Shown here: in pieces, positions 29,302 to 39,687 of the stretch
Layout: every line of letters begins with the position of its first letter
Numbering within the stretch: position 1 is the stretch's first letter
From: an uncultured Bacteroidales bacterium
Lineage (GTDB): Bacteria > Bacteroidota > Bacteroidia > Bacteroidales > JAGOPY01
Assembly (NCBI GenBank): GCA_964371595.1
Contig: CAYJNJ010000003.1
Span: 21,094-85,093, forward strand
Direction: 5' to 3'
DNA length: 64,000 nt
Notes under the pieces: model-generated
Seen by the model: only the letters and a program-made list of their open reading frames with translations
Database searches by the model: none
Told to the model about the DNA's origin: nothing
Program-made: the position numbers and the translations under genes

Positions 29302-31764
29302 ATGAAGAAATCCGCTTTTTCAACCTTATTTTTATTCCTGGCATTGATATTGACCACAAATGCCCAGATCCTTCAGCCTGTTAAATGGTCGTTTGAATCA
29401 AAGCAGATCAACAATGAAGAATTTGAGCTGATCCTGAAAGCCTCGATGGATAAAGGATGGCATATTTACGGCATCGATATTCCCGAAGGCGGGCCCATTC
29501 CAACGTCTTTCAAATTCACGCCATCTACTGATTATGAAATGACAGGCAAACTGGAAACCCCTGTTCCTATTGAAAAATATGACAATGCCTTTGAGATGGA
29601 CCTGCGCTATTATGATGATAATGCGAAGTTTATCCAGAAGGTTAAAATGAAAGCGGACAAGCCGTTTAAAGTGAGCGGCGAACTGGAATACATGTCGTGT
29701 GATGACAGCAGGTGCCTGCCGCCGGAGTACGTGGAGTTCTCATTTGATCTGCCGGGGATTAAGGAAATAGCGACAGCTGATATTTTTCAGGATCCGCTGA
29801 AAAATATCCTTCAGCCTGTCAAATGGTCATTCGAAAAGAAACAGGTGAACGCGACTGAATTTGATCTGATCTTCAAAGCCCAAATCGAAGCAGGCTGGTA
29901 TATGTATGGAACATCTATCCCTGAAGGAGGGCCCAGGCCGGTGTCATTTAAGTTCAACCCGGCTTCCAATTTTCAAATGGTTGACGGGCTGATCATTCCA
30001 AAGCCGGTAGAGAAATTTGACAGCCTTGAACAAATGGTGCTTCCATCTTATAAGAAAGAAGCAACATTTATACAAAGGATCAGGATAAACTCTGATGTGC
30101 CTTATAATGTGACGGGGGAGCTGGAATTTTGTGCCTGCAATGACCGCAGTTGCCTGCCGCCGGAATATATTGAGTTTACCTTTGATCTGCCAGCCGGCAA
30201 GTCTCAAATTACCAGTGGTGAGCAAGTTTCATCAAACGCTGGAACTTCTCCTGGTGGAGATGTTGTTGATACCGCTGAAGATTCCAAAGATGCTGAGAAC
30301 GACAACTCCCTCTGGTCATTTTTCTTCCTTGCCATGGGAATCGGGTTCATCGGGCTGCTCACACCCTGTGTTTACCCAATGATCCCCATGACGGTGACTT
30401 TCTTCATGAATGCCAGCCAGAACAAGCTGAAGGCAAAATCGCAGGCGGTCTTCTTCGGCCTTTCGATCATTTTTATTTACACCGTTATTGGTATCCTGGT
30501 TTCGGTTTTATTTGGTGCCGATACGATCAAGCAGGTCAGTGAGCACTGGCTTACCAATATTGTATTTTTTGCACTGTTCGCTTTCTTTGCCGCATCTTTT
30601 TTCGGGATGTTCGAACTGGTGCTCCCGGCCTGGCTCACCAACAAATCGGATGCCCAGGCCGACAAAGGCGGGTACATCGGTGCGTTTTTCATGGCGCTCA
30701 CGCTGGTGCTGGTGTCCTTCTCCTGTACCGCGCCCTTTGTAGGCGGTATCCTCGTGGAAGCTGCCACCGGCGAGGTCCTCAAGCCAACCATCGGGATGTT
30801 CGGCTTTTCGATGGCATTCGGGATCGTCTTCACTATCCTTGCCCTTTTCCCGTCATGGCTCAATAAAATGCCCAAATCCGGCGGTTGGCTGAACTCGGTA
30901 AAAGTCGTCCTGGCTTTCCTGATCCTTGCCATCGGTATGAAATACCTGAACGTTCCCAACCAGGCCCTGGGCTGGGGGATGACCCGCGAAGTCTTTATTG
31001 CCGTCTGGATCGTCCTGTTCGTTTTACTCGGATTTTACCTGCTGGGTAAGATCAAATTCTCTCACGACAGCCCCGTCGAGCACATTTCCGTGCCACGGCT
31101 TTTCCTGGTGCTGATAGCTTTCTCTTTTGCCATTTACCTGGTTCCCGGACTGTTCGGCGCCCCGCTGAAAGCTGTTTCGGGTTACTTGCCGTCTGAAACT
31201 TCCTGGGACCTTGACGAAATTATCCGCGAAAGCACCAGTAACCTCAGCGGTACAAGCCCAGGGAGCCATAAACCTGCCGGACTGTGCGACGAGCCTAAAT
31301 ATGCCGACCTCTTTGAGCTGCCCCATGGCCTGGTGGGTTACTTTGATTATGAGCAGGGACTTGCCTGTGCAAAAAAGCTGAATAAGCCCGTTTTCCTTGA
31401 TATTAAGGGCCATGCGTGCACGAATTGCAAGGTCATGGAGAAAAATGTCTGGTCGGACCCGGAAGTACTGAAAAGATTGCAGGATGAATATGTCATTATC
31501 GCACTTTATGTCGATGACAATTATGAATTACCTGAAAATGAATGGGTAACTTCCACGTTCGATGGTAAGGTGAAAAAGACGATCGGCCGGAAAAATACTG
31601 ATTTCCAGATCACCCGCTTTGGGGTTAATGCCCAGCCCTATTACGTCCTCCTGGACCATGACGGCAAAGAGCTTACAGAATCTGTCGGCTTTGAGCGTGA
31701 CATTGACAAATACGTTGGCTTCCTGGACAGAGGCGTGGAAGAGTTTCGAAATAAAAGAAAATGA
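29302..31764 (+). CDS. DsbD-like thiol:disulfide interchange protein with tandem-duplicated N-terminal domain
   Basis: Two homologous N-terminal modules (ILQPVKWSFE...GGP.P.SFKF...C....CLPPEY.EF.FDLP). CcdA-type TM core (LTPCVYPMIP, SFSCTAPFV). C-terminal thioredoxin fold with CTNC. Confidence 0.75.
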   Translation: MKKSAFSTLFLFLALILTTNAQILQPVKWSFESKQINNEEFELILKASMDKGWHIYGIDIPEGGPIPTSFKFTPSTDYEMTGKLETPVPIEKYDNAFEMDLRYYDDNAKFIQKVKMKADKPFKVSGELEYMSCDDSRCLPPEYVEFSFDLPGIKEIATADIFQDPLKNILQPVKWSFEKKQVNATEFDLIFKAQIEAGWYMYGTSIPEGGPRPVSFKFNPASNFQMVDGLIIPKPVEKFDSLEQMVLPSYKKEATFIQRIRINSDVPYNVTGELEFCACNDRSCLPPEYIEFTFDLPAGKSQITSGEQVSSNAGTSPGGDVVDTAEDSKDAENDNSLWSFFFLAMGIGFIGLLTPCVYPMIPMTVTFFMNASQNKLKAKSQAVFFGLSIIFIYTVIGILVSVLFGADTIKQVSEHWLTNIVFFALFAFFAASFFGMFELVLPAWLTNKSDAQADKGGYIGAFFMALTLVLVSFSCTAPFVGGILVEAATGEVLKPTIGMFGFSMAFGIVFTILALFPSWLNKMPKSGGWLNSVKVVLAFLILAIGMKYLNVPNQALGWGMTREVFIAVWIVLFVLLGFYLLGKIKFSHDSPVEHISVPRLFLVLIAFSFAIYLVPGLFGAPLKAVSGYLPSETSWDLDEIIRESTSNLSGTSPGSHKPAGLCDEPKYADLFELPHGLVGYFDYEQGLACAKKLNKPVFLDIKGHACTNCKVMEKNVWSDPEVLKRLQDEYVIIALYVDDNYELPENEWVTSTFDGKVKKTIGRKNTDFQITRFGVNAQPYYVLLDHDGKELTESVGFERDIDKYVGFLDRGVEEFRNKRK

Positions 31765-33524
31765 TGGTGAGCAAATTCTATAGAGAATTATTTTCCCTTG
31801 CCGCAATTATATTCCTTCTGGCGCAGATACCATCCTTGCATTCCCAGGCCTTTGAAGAAACCGGGCTGTTTTTTCCCGGTGCCGGCAGGTGCGACCTCTC
31901 CTGGTGCGATTTCGACAATGATCATGATCTTGATGTCCTGCTCACGGGCCGTGGGACAGGTGAACAGAGGATGACCGTATTATATCGTAATGATGAAGGT
32001 TCCTTTACTGAAATTTCTGCTTCTTTTGTTCCGGTTGATGAAAGTTCATCTGCCTGGGGCGATTATGATGCAGATGGAGATAAGGACCTTTTGCTTTCCG
32101 GAAATTCTGACGCGGGTGATATTACCCGGATTTACCGCAACGATGCGGGTGTTTTCACGGAAATTGACCCGGGTATACCCGGCATTCAGCAGGGTGTCGT
32201 AATTTGGGTTGATATTGATAATGATAATGACCTCGATATTTTCCTCAGTGGAAGCTGGATCACAGAAATTTATATGAACAGCGGGGGGGCTTTTACGGAC
32301 GCTGGCCAGAATTTCGGTTATTTTTCAGGGAGCGCGGCTAATTTCGGCGATTATGACAATGACGGGGACCTGGATTTGCTGATCAATGGCGACAGCGGGG
32401 CAGGGGCGGTTACAAGGATTTTTTCCAATGAAGAGGGCAGCTTTATTGATTCAGGAATCGTATTCCCGGGATTGATGGCCGGCACAACCGATTTTGTTGA
32501 CTATGACCTTGACGGTGACCTTGATGTTGCGATATCCGGCAATAATGATGCCCTGGAATCAAATTTTTATCTCTTTAAAAACACTGACAAGCAATTTGAG
32601 ATTGTTTATGCAGGAATTGACGGTTTTGCGCTAGGTGATTCAGATTGGGGCGATTATGACAATGACGGCGACCCGGACATGCTGATGTCAGGTAAGGCCA
32701 CCGGTTGCGGTGCCATAGTTTCCGGGATCTACCGGAATGAGGGCGATGATGTGTTTACAAAGATTCCGCAGGAACTGACGACAGCTACCCGCTGTGCCCT
32801 GGCATGGGCAGATTACGACAACGACGGTGACCTGGATTTCCTGATCTCAGGGTTGAATGCAGTCGAAGTTCCTTTTGCAAAGCTGTACCGCAACACATCG
32901 GGGAGTAATGAATTTGCAGCAAATAGTGCACCGGCAGCCCCTGTTGACCTCTTTTCGGATACTGATGGAGAAGAGGTTGTTCTCAACTGGTCGGCAGCAA
33001 GTGACGCACAAACCCCCGCTGCCGGATTAAGCTATAATTTCAGGCTTGGTACCCGGCCAGGTGCTAATGACCTGGTATCCCCGATGGCTGATCTGGCATT
33101 TGGATACCGGATGGTTACTTCTCCTGGCAATGCAGGCCAGAATACTGCTGTCGCAATTAGCGGCCTGGATGCAGGAACCTATTACTGGAGCGTCCAGGCT
33201 ATCGACCAGGCTTTCGAAGGATCGGTCTTTTCTGAAGAGCAAAGCTTCACAATTTCTACCACTAGTATTAATGAAAATAACATTACCGCCGGAGATTTCT
33301 TCGTCTATCCCAATCCGGCAATTGACCAGCTTACTATTCAATTTGATGAGAGCAATCCTTCCGGAGAAATTGTGATTTCAGATCTTTGCGGCAAAATCTT
33401 TTTTACCGGACCGGTAAAGCAATCGCTTGTGAATATTAATGTCTGTAATTTAAAACCAGGTACTTATCTTCTTTTTGTTACAAAAAATAAAATTGAAAGA
33501 AGAACTCTGGTAATTAAATTATAG
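31761..33524 (+). CDS. FG-GAP/VCBS-repeat protein with T9SS C-terminal sorting domain
   Basis: Repeated W(G/A)DYDNDGDLD calcium-binding-like motifs. The C-terminal FFVYPNPAIDQLTIQF...GTYLLFV segment is typical of Por/T9SS sorting domains. Confidence 0.65.
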   Translation: MMVSKFYRELFSLAAIIFLLAQIPSLHSQAFEETGLFFPGAGRCDLSWCDFDNDHDLDVLLTGRGTGEQRMTVLYRNDEGSFTEISASFVPVDESSSAWGDYDADGDKDLLLSGNSDAGDITRIYRNDAGVFTEIDPGIPGIQQGVVIWVDIDNDNDLDIFLSGSWITEIYMNSGGAFTDAGQNFGYFSGSAANFGDYDNDGDLDLLINGDSGAGAVTRIFSNEEGSFIDSGIVFPGLMAGTTDFVDYDLDGDLDVAISGNNDALESNFYLFKNTDKQFEIVYAGIDGFALGDSDWGDYDNDGDPDMLMSGKATGCGAIVSGIYRNEGDDVFTKIPQELTTATRCALAWADYDNDGDLDFLISGLNAVEVPFAKLYRNTSGSNEFAANSAPAAPVDLFSDTDGEEVVLNWSAASDAQTPAAGLSYNFRLGTRPGANDLVSPMADLAFGYRMVTSPGNAGQNTAVAISGLDAGTYYWSVQAIDQAFEGSVFSEEQSFTISTTSINENNITAGDFFVYPNPAIDQLTIQFDESNPSGEIVISDLCGKIFFTGPVKQSLVNINVCNLKPGTYLLFVTKNKIERRTLVIKL

Positions 33525-33532
33525 ACTAAAAA

Positions 33533-33619
33533 AATCCGTGATAATCCGTCGCATCCGTGTAATCCGTGTTCTATATCAAGGAACACGAATGACGCGAATG
33601 TAACGAATGACCACGGATC
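33533..33619. repeat. Stutter-palindrome from ATCCGTG words and CGAATG/CACGGAT words; between convergent genes
   Basis: Outer (ATCCGTG/CACGGAT) and inner (CGTGTTC/GAACACG) parts pair perfectly. The middle pairs only partly. Confidence 0.65.
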
Positions 33620-33654
33620 CGATTAAATAAAGCAGTGGCATCAGCAGTTGAAGA

Positions 33655-35025
33655 TCATTTCATCTGATCTGCATAAAATCCATAGAAATAAACGATCGTC
33701 TCAATCCCTTTGAGGAACTGGTTCAGAGGATAGTTCTCGTTCGGCGAATGGATCGCATCAGATTCGAGGCCGAAGCCCATAAGTATAGATTTAATGCCAA
33801 GCTTTTCTTCGAAAGTGGAGATGATCGGGATACTGCCGCCACTTCTTACAGGGACGGGCATTTTACCGAAAGATTTCTCATACGCTTTTTCTGCTGCCAG
33901 ATATGCCGGCATATCAGTAGGGGAAACATAGCCCTGCCCGCCGTGCAAAGCCGTAACTTTCACTTTCACATAAGGCGGTGCAATGGCCTTGAAATGCACT
34001 TCGAACAGCTTGCCGATCTTGAGGTGGTCCTGGTTTGGGACCAGCCGCATGGAGATTTTTGCCCAGGCTTTCGACGGGATCACCGTTTTAGCGCCTTCGC
34101 CCGTATAGCCACCCCATATCCCGTTGATATCAAGAGTTGGCCTGATGCCGGTCCTTTCGGGTGTGGTATATCCTTCTTCACCGCAAATTTCATCAATATC
34201 CAGCGATTTCTTGTATGCATCCAAATTAAATGGCGCTTTTGCCATCTTTTTCCTCTCCTCCATACTAAGCTCCATCACATCGTCATAGAAACCGGGAATG
34301 GTGATGCGTTGCTTATCATCTTTCAGTGAAGCGATCATCGAAACCAGGATGTTGGCCGGGTTAGCCACAGCCCCTCCGAAAAGTCCGGAATGAAGGTCTT
34401 TATTCGGGCCGGTGACTTCCACTTCCATATAGCTCAATCCGCGTAAACCACTTGTAATGGAAGGGATATCCGGGGCAATCATGGAAGTGTCGGAAACCAG
34501 GATAATGTCGGCTTTCAGCATGCTCTTATAATCGTCGCAGAACTTGCCCAGGTTAACTGAGCCGACTTCTTCCTCGCCTTCGATCATGAATTTGACATTA
34601 CATGGCAAAGTGCCTGATCTGACAAGATACTCGAATGCTTTAGCCTGCATGAACGATTGGCCTTTATCATCGTCTGCACCGCGGGCAAATATTTTTCCGT
34701 CGCGGATGGCCGGCTCAAAAGGCGGGGTATTCCATAGCTCGACCGGGTCGACCGGCATCACATCATAATGGGCATAAACCAGGACGGTAGGTTTGGCAGG
34801 ATCAATGATCTTTTCACCAAATACGACCGGGTTACCGGCGGTAGGGATGATTTCCGCCTTGTCGGCACCGGCTTTCAGCAGGGTTTCCTTCCAGTATTCT
34901 GCTGCTTTGACCATGTCTTCCTTATGGGAAGTTTCAGAGCTTATCGACGGTATCCGGATCAATCTGAACAATTCTTCTAAAAATCTATCCTGGTTCTTAA
35001 GGATGTAAGTTTTAATATCTTCCAT
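33655..35025 (-). CDS. M20-family dipeptidase / metallohydrolase
   Basis: HYDVMPVD, ARGADDDKGQ and IEGEEEVGS metal-ligand motifs. Confidence 0.75.
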   Translation of the reverse strand: MEDIKTYILKNQDRFLEELFRLIRIPSISSETSHKEDMVKAAEYWKETLLKAGADKAEIIPTAGNPVVFGEKIIDPAKPTVLVYAHYDVMPVDPVELWNTPPFEPAIRDGKIFARGADDDKGQSFMQAKAFEYLVRSGTLPCNVKFMIEGEEEVGSVNLGKFCDDYKSMLKADIILVSDTSMIAPDIPSITSGLRGLSYMEVEVTGPNKDLHSGLFGGAVANPANILVSMIASLKDDKQRITIPGFYDDVMELSMEERKKMAKAPFNLDAYKKSLDIDEICGEEGYTTPERTGIRPTLDINGIWGGYTGEGAKTVIPSKAWAKISMRLVPNQDHLKIGKLFEVHFKAIAPPYVKVKVTALHGGQGYVSPTDMPAYLAAEKAYEKSFGKMPVPVRSGGSIPIISTFEEKLGIKSILMGFGLESDAIHSPNENYPLNQFLKGIETIVYFYGFYADQMK

Positions 35026-35191
35026 GATGTTGTTTATAATGTTTGATAAATAATTAAGCTAAACGATAAATATAAAAATTTAAACTGAAAAGCTGGTAAA
35101 ATATTGTAAACAGGCCTGATCATTGTAAATACGGAACGAATAAGAACTGGCCGATAAAAAATGAGCAGGTCGAAATCGATTTAATTTTATT

Positions 35192-35199
35192 TATATTTG
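35192..35199 (+). promoter_or_regulatory. -7 box TATATTTG upstream of the choice-of-anchor-L gene
   Basis: Matches TAnnTTTG, 65 nt before ATG 35264. Confidence 0.35.
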
Positions 35200-35263
35200 C
35201 ACTTTACGGGTAGTCACATCCTGTTAATATCGAAGAATCAAACGCTTATAAATATTCTCACTG

Positions 35264-38146
35264 ATGAAAAAACTATACTCCATCAAGTGGTTCGTGTTAC
35301 TGCTATCTGTCTTTCTTTCAGGCAGTTTCATCTCCTTCCAGGCTAAAGCTGATACACTACATGTTTCCAGCAGCATTACTCCCGAGCAAATGGTCCAGGA
35401 AATCCTGGTAGGCGGCGGAGTTGTCACAAGTAATATCACCTACACAGGTAATAATATCTCCAGGGGGAAATTCTGGGGTGGGCCAGGTAGTATTGGTATA
35501 TCCGATGGGATTATTCTCACTTCAGGCAATGTAACAATTGCCCCGGGGCCCAACAACGCAGGAGGTGATGGCGCTGATTCAGGGCAGCCCGGAGATCCTG
35601 ACCTTACCGCTATTGCAGGGGTTTCAACTTTCGATGCCTGTGTGCTTGAGTTTGATTTTATCCCGCAATCAAATAAGGTTTCATTCAAGTATGTCTTTGG
35701 CTCTGAGGAATACCACGAATATGTCAATCAGTATAACGATGCATTTGGATTCTTTATCAGTGGGCCCGGGATAGATGGTCCTTATTCAAATAACAGTGAA
35801 AATATTGCATTGATCCCGCTAACGAGCATTCCTGTTACGATTAATAATGTCAATTGCGGGAATCCTTATAATTGCAGTACAAGCTGTGAGAATTGCGTTT
35901 TTTTTGTAAATAATCCACAGGGACAGCATTTTACTGAGTATGACGCATTTACAACTGTCCTAAGGGCTTGGGCCAATGTCATCCCCTGTGAGACGTATCA
36001 CATTAAACTGGCTATTGGCGATGGAATAGATCATGTTTACGATTCAGGGGTTTTTTTAGAAGCAAACAGTTTCTCCAGTGTCGGGATCTCCTCAGAGCCG
36101 GAATTTTCCGCCCCTGATTTTGAATTTGCCATTGAAGGTTGCAATAATGTGGATATCCTTTTTACACTTTCCGTGCAGCCGGATGCCGACTTCTGGATGC
36201 CGCTAAATGTGGGCGGTTCAGCAACGAATGGAGTGGATTATGTGGAAATTAATGACTCTGTCTTTTTCCCGCAGGGTTTCACCGAATCTTGGATCAGCAT
36301 CACAACCATTGCCGATGCTACTGCCGAATGGTTTGAAAATATACGCCTGGTCTACAATTCTTCACTTTGTGATGTGGATTATGATACGATTACCATCCAG
36401 CTTAAGGATTACCAGCTTGCCCTGGATATGACACCGGATACCACCATCAATTGTGCCACCCAGGCCACGATCGGGATCGAAGGGTTCAATGGCTTCGGAC
36501 CTTACCATACCGTCTGGAGTACGGGCGATACCACCCAGTATATCTCTGTCAGCCCTCTGATCACAACCACATATTACGCTACGGTTTTCGCACTATGCGA
36601 TTCCTCAACGGTCGACAGCATTACTGTTTATGTCGACGGGCCGGAATCCAATGCAGGTGTCGATGTCAGTATTCCTTACGGGACAAGCACTACGCTTGAC
36701 GGTTCTGCAAGCCAGGGATCAGGTGATTATACGTATAGCTGGGAACCGGCTGCATTTTTAATCAATCCGAATATTGCTGACCCGCTAACGATCATTATGG
36801 ACCAAACCACGCAGTTTACCCTTACTGTTACCGATATGGCCGGCATGTGCCAGGACATTGACCAGATGTTGCTAACGGTTACCGGTGGCATGCTGAATGT
36901 GGGACCGGTTGCCACTCCGGGTTCAGTCTGCCCGGGTGAAAGCTCACAGCTGAATTCATATGCAGGCGGCGGTTCAGGGTCTTATACCTATTTGTGGTCT
37001 TCAGTCCCGGTTGGGTTCAGTTCCGACCTGCAAAATCCGATAGTTCAACCTAATGTAACTACTACATATACCATTTTAGTCAATGATGGATATACCACCG
37101 TAACCGGAAATGTCACGGTCATTGTAGACCCGCTGCCATTGCCCGAGGCCGGTGAAAATGATACAATTTATCATGGGACCTACGGTTACCTGTTCGGTTC
37201 TGCATCACAGGGCTCCGGTATTTACAGTTATAGCTGGGAACCCGCTGAAAAACTGATCAATCCATTTGCACAGAATCCCAGCACAGTTAAATTGTATGAA
37301 ACGACCCTCTTCAGGTTAACGGTAACTGATAATATTACCGGTTGTGTAAGTTATGGGGAAGATCTTGCCACTGTAGTAGTGAACGGCGGCCCCCTGGCAG
37401 TTACAGCAGAAGTCACCGACCCGCTGATATGCGGTGGCGGCTCTACCCAGCTACATGCCCTGCCCAGCGGCGGAAACCCGGTGTATACTTACTCTTGGAC
37501 TTCCGATCCCCCGGGCTTTACTTCCACTGAAAGTGATCCGATCATTACTCCAGAAGGAAATACGACGTATCATGTTGTTGTGAATGATGGGTTTAATACT
37601 ACCGAATCACAGGTTAACGTTGTGGTTTCCCAGCTTCCTTATGTAAGTCTTGGCGCCGATGCCACTGTTTGTCCCCTGGATAGCATTGTACTGTCTGCCG
37701 GCAATCCCGGGCTGTCATATTACTGGTCTAATGGTTCTGTCGGGCAAACTATTACCATCGGAACGACCGGTATCGGATTTGACCTGAAAACGATCTGGGT
37801 CGAGGTGGAAAATGAGGAAGGCTGCGTGGGAACCGATACCATCAGGGTCATCTTCGATTTTGCCCAGTGCTTTGGCGTGGATGAAGCAGATAATAATGAC
37901 CACTTCTATATTTATCCAAATCCGACAAGCGGAAAAACCCAGTTTGAATGGGAAGGCATTTTTGGTAATGTTGAGCTTAAAGTTACTGACCTGGCGGGAA
38001 ATACAATCCACAGCCAGTTTATACAAACACCGGCATCCGGTGAATATAAAGGCTCTTTCAACCTTGATGGAAATCCAAAAGGTATTTATCTCCTCAGGCT
38101 GATAGGTGAAGAAAAGGTTTTAGTACGAAAGATTTTATTGCAGTAG
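35264..38146 (+). CDS. Choice-of-anchor-L domain surface protein with repeated modules and T9SS C-terminal sorting domain
   Basis: N-terminal ITPEQMVQEILVGGGV...LEFDFIPQSNKVSFKYVFGSEEY...NDAFGFFISGPGI. Four modules carry the (S/G)GSG.Y.Y.W motif. C-terminal FYIYPNPTSGKTQFEW...GIYLLRL. Confidence 0.6.
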   Translation: MKKLYSIKWFVLLLSVFLSGSFISFQAKADTLHVSSSITPEQMVQEILVGGGVVTSNITYTGNNISRGKFWGGPGSIGISDGIILTSGNVTIAPGPNNAGGDGADSGQPGDPDLTAIAGVSTFDACVLEFDFIPQSNKVSFKYVFGSEEYHEYVNQYNDAFGFFISGPGIDGPYSNNSENIALIPLTSIPVTINNVNCGNPYNCSTSCENCVFFVNNPQGQHFTEYDAFTTVLRAWANVIPCETYHIKLAIGDGIDHVYDSGVFLEANSFSSVGISSEPEFSAPDFEFAIEGCNNVDILFTLSVQPDADFWMPLNVGGSATNGVDYVEINDSVFFPQGFTESWISITTIADATAEWFENIRLVYNSSLCDVDYDTITIQLKDYQLALDMTPDTTINCATQATIGIEGFNGFGPYHTVWSTGDTTQYISVSPLITTTYYATVFALCDSSTVDSITVYVDGPESNAGVDVSIPYGTSTTLDGSASQGSGDYTYSWEPAAFLINPNIADPLTIIMDQTTQFTLTVTDMAGMCQDIDQMLLTVTGGMLNVGPVATPGSVCPGESSQLNSYAGGGSGSYTYLWSSVPVGFSSDLQNPIVQPNVTTTYTILVNDGYTTVTGNVTVIVDPLPLPEAGENDTIYHGTYGYLFGSASQGSGIYSYSWEPAEKLINPFAQNPSTVKLYETTLFRLTVTDNITGCVSYGEDLATVVVNGGPLAVTAEVTDPLICGGGSTQLHALPSGGNPVYTYSWTSDPPGFTSTESDPIITPEGNTTYHVVVNDGFNTTESQVNVVVSQLPYVSLGADATVCPLDSIVLSAGNPGLSYYWSNGSVGQTITIGTTGIGFDLKTIWVEVENEEGCVGTDTIRVIFDFAQCFGVDEADNNDHFYIYPNPTSGKTQFEWEGIFGNVELKVTDLAGNTIHSQFIQTPASGEYKGSFNLDGNPKGIYLLRLIGEEKVLVRKILLQ

Positions 38147-38158
38147 CCTGTCGGTATC

Positions 38159-39172
38159 ATGTCAAAAATCAAGGTTGCGATTAATGGATTTGGGAGGATT
38201 GGCAGGATCACTTTCCGGAAATTAATGGAAAATGATCGAATGGAAGTCATTGCTATAAACGACCTGGCGGACACTCCGACACTTGCCCACTTATTAAAGT
38301 ACGATTCAGTTCACGGACGTTATCCGGGAAAAGTGCTGAACAATACCGACCATCTCATTGTCGACGGGAAAAAGATACTGGTTTTTAACCAGGAAGACCC
38401 GGGTCAGCTACCCTGGAAAAAGCTGGGTATCGATGTGGTGATCGAATCTACCGGCAAGTTCGTTTCAAGGCACGATGCCATCAGGCATGTTACTGAGGCC
38501 GGGGCGCGCAAGGTGATCATCTCGGCACCGGCTAAAAATGAGAGTGAAGACGTAAAATATGTTGTGCTGGGGGTTAATGATGAGATCATCGACAGAAATG
38601 AGGTCATTATCTCCAACTCTTCCTGTACCACCAATAATGTCGCGCCCCTCATCATGATCCTTGATAAATTCTGGGGTATCGAACGGGCCTTCATTACAAC
38701 GGTCCATTCGTATACCCGGGATCAGAACCTGCTCGACGCACCCCATAAAGACCTGCGAAGGGCAAGGGCTGCCGCAACATCTATCGTCCCAACGACTACA
38801 GGTGCCGCAAAAGCCGCTACCCGCATATTTCCGCATCTGAAATCCAATCTGGGCGGCGCCGGGATCCGTGTCCCCGTTGCCGACGGCTCCCTCACCGACC
38901 TGACGTGTACCCTGAAGCATCCGGCTACAAGGGAACAGATCAACGAGAAATTTCTGGAAGCATCTGAAGGAAGCCTGAAAGGTATCCTCGAATATACCGA
39001 GGATCCGATCGTATCGGTAGATGTAATTGGAAACACCCATTCGGCTGTATTCGACGCCGGACTGACCGCTGTTCTCGGTGATAAGAACAAGCTCGTTAAA
39101 GTGGTCGCCTGGTATGATAATGAAATGGGATACGCATCAAGGCTTGTTGAACTGATAGAAAAATTTGTCTAA
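38159..39172 (+). CDS. gap: Glyceraldehyde-3-phosphate dehydrogenase, type I
   Basis: INGFGRIGR, SNSSCTTN catalytic cysteine, WYDNEMGY. Confidence 0.9.
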   Translation: MSKIKVAINGFGRIGRITFRKLMENDRMEVIAINDLADTPTLAHLLKYDSVHGRYPGKVLNNTDHLIVDGKKILVFNQEDPGQLPWKKLGIDVVIESTGKFVSRHDAIRHVTEAGARKVIISAPAKNESEDVKYVVLGVNDEIIDRNEVIISNSSCTTNNVAPLIMILDKFWGIERAFITTVHSYTRDQNLLDAPHKDLRRARAAATSIVPTTTGAAKAATRIFPHLKSNLGGAGIRVPVADGSLTDLTCTLKHPATREQINEKFLEASEGSLKGILEYTEDPIVSVDVIGNTHSAVFDAGLTAVLGDKNKLVKVVAWYDNEMGYASRLVELIEKFV

Positions 39173-39183
39173 CCAATTTGTTG

Positions 39184-39687
39184 ATGAATATCGTTTATCT
39201 CCTCCTGGGAAGTAATCTTAAAGATCGGTTAGCAGCATTACAGGCTGCCAGGGATGCGGTTTCGGAATCAATAGGTAAAATAGTAAAGGAATCGGCGATT
39301 TATGAATCGGAACCCTGGGGTTTCCATTCTGAAAACCAATTCCTAAACCAGGTGATTAAAGTGGAAACCCGTCATGATCCTTTTGAACTGATGGATATCA
39401 TCGGTGATATTGAATCCCGCCTGGGAAGGATCCGTAAATCGTCTGAAGAATATGTTTCCAGGATAATCGATATCGATATTCTTTTTTATAATAATGAGAT
39501 TATTAAAGATGATAAACTTATCATTCCGCATCCGAAAATCCAGGAAAGGATGTTTACATTGATCCCGCTGACGGAAATTGATAATACCCTTGTTCACCCC
39601 GGATATTTGAAATCAGTTGGCGAACTGGCGAAGGAATGCAGGGATACTTTACGTGTTTATCTTTACCAGCCGGATAACCAAGCCTGA
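39184..39687 (+). CDS. folK: 2-amino-4-hydroxy-6-hydroxymethyldihydropteridine diphosphokinase
   Basis: YESEPWGF, IDIDILFY and PHPKIQERMFTLIPL. Start at ATG 39184. Confidence 0.8.
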   Translation: MNIVYLLLGSNLKDRLAALQAARDAVSESIGKIVKESAIYESEPWGFHSENQFLNQVIKVETRHDPFELMDIIGDIESRLGRIRKSSEEYVSRIIDIDILFYNNEIIKDDKLIIPHPKIQERMFTLIPLTEIDNTLVHPGYLKSVGELAKECRDTLRVYLYQPDNQA

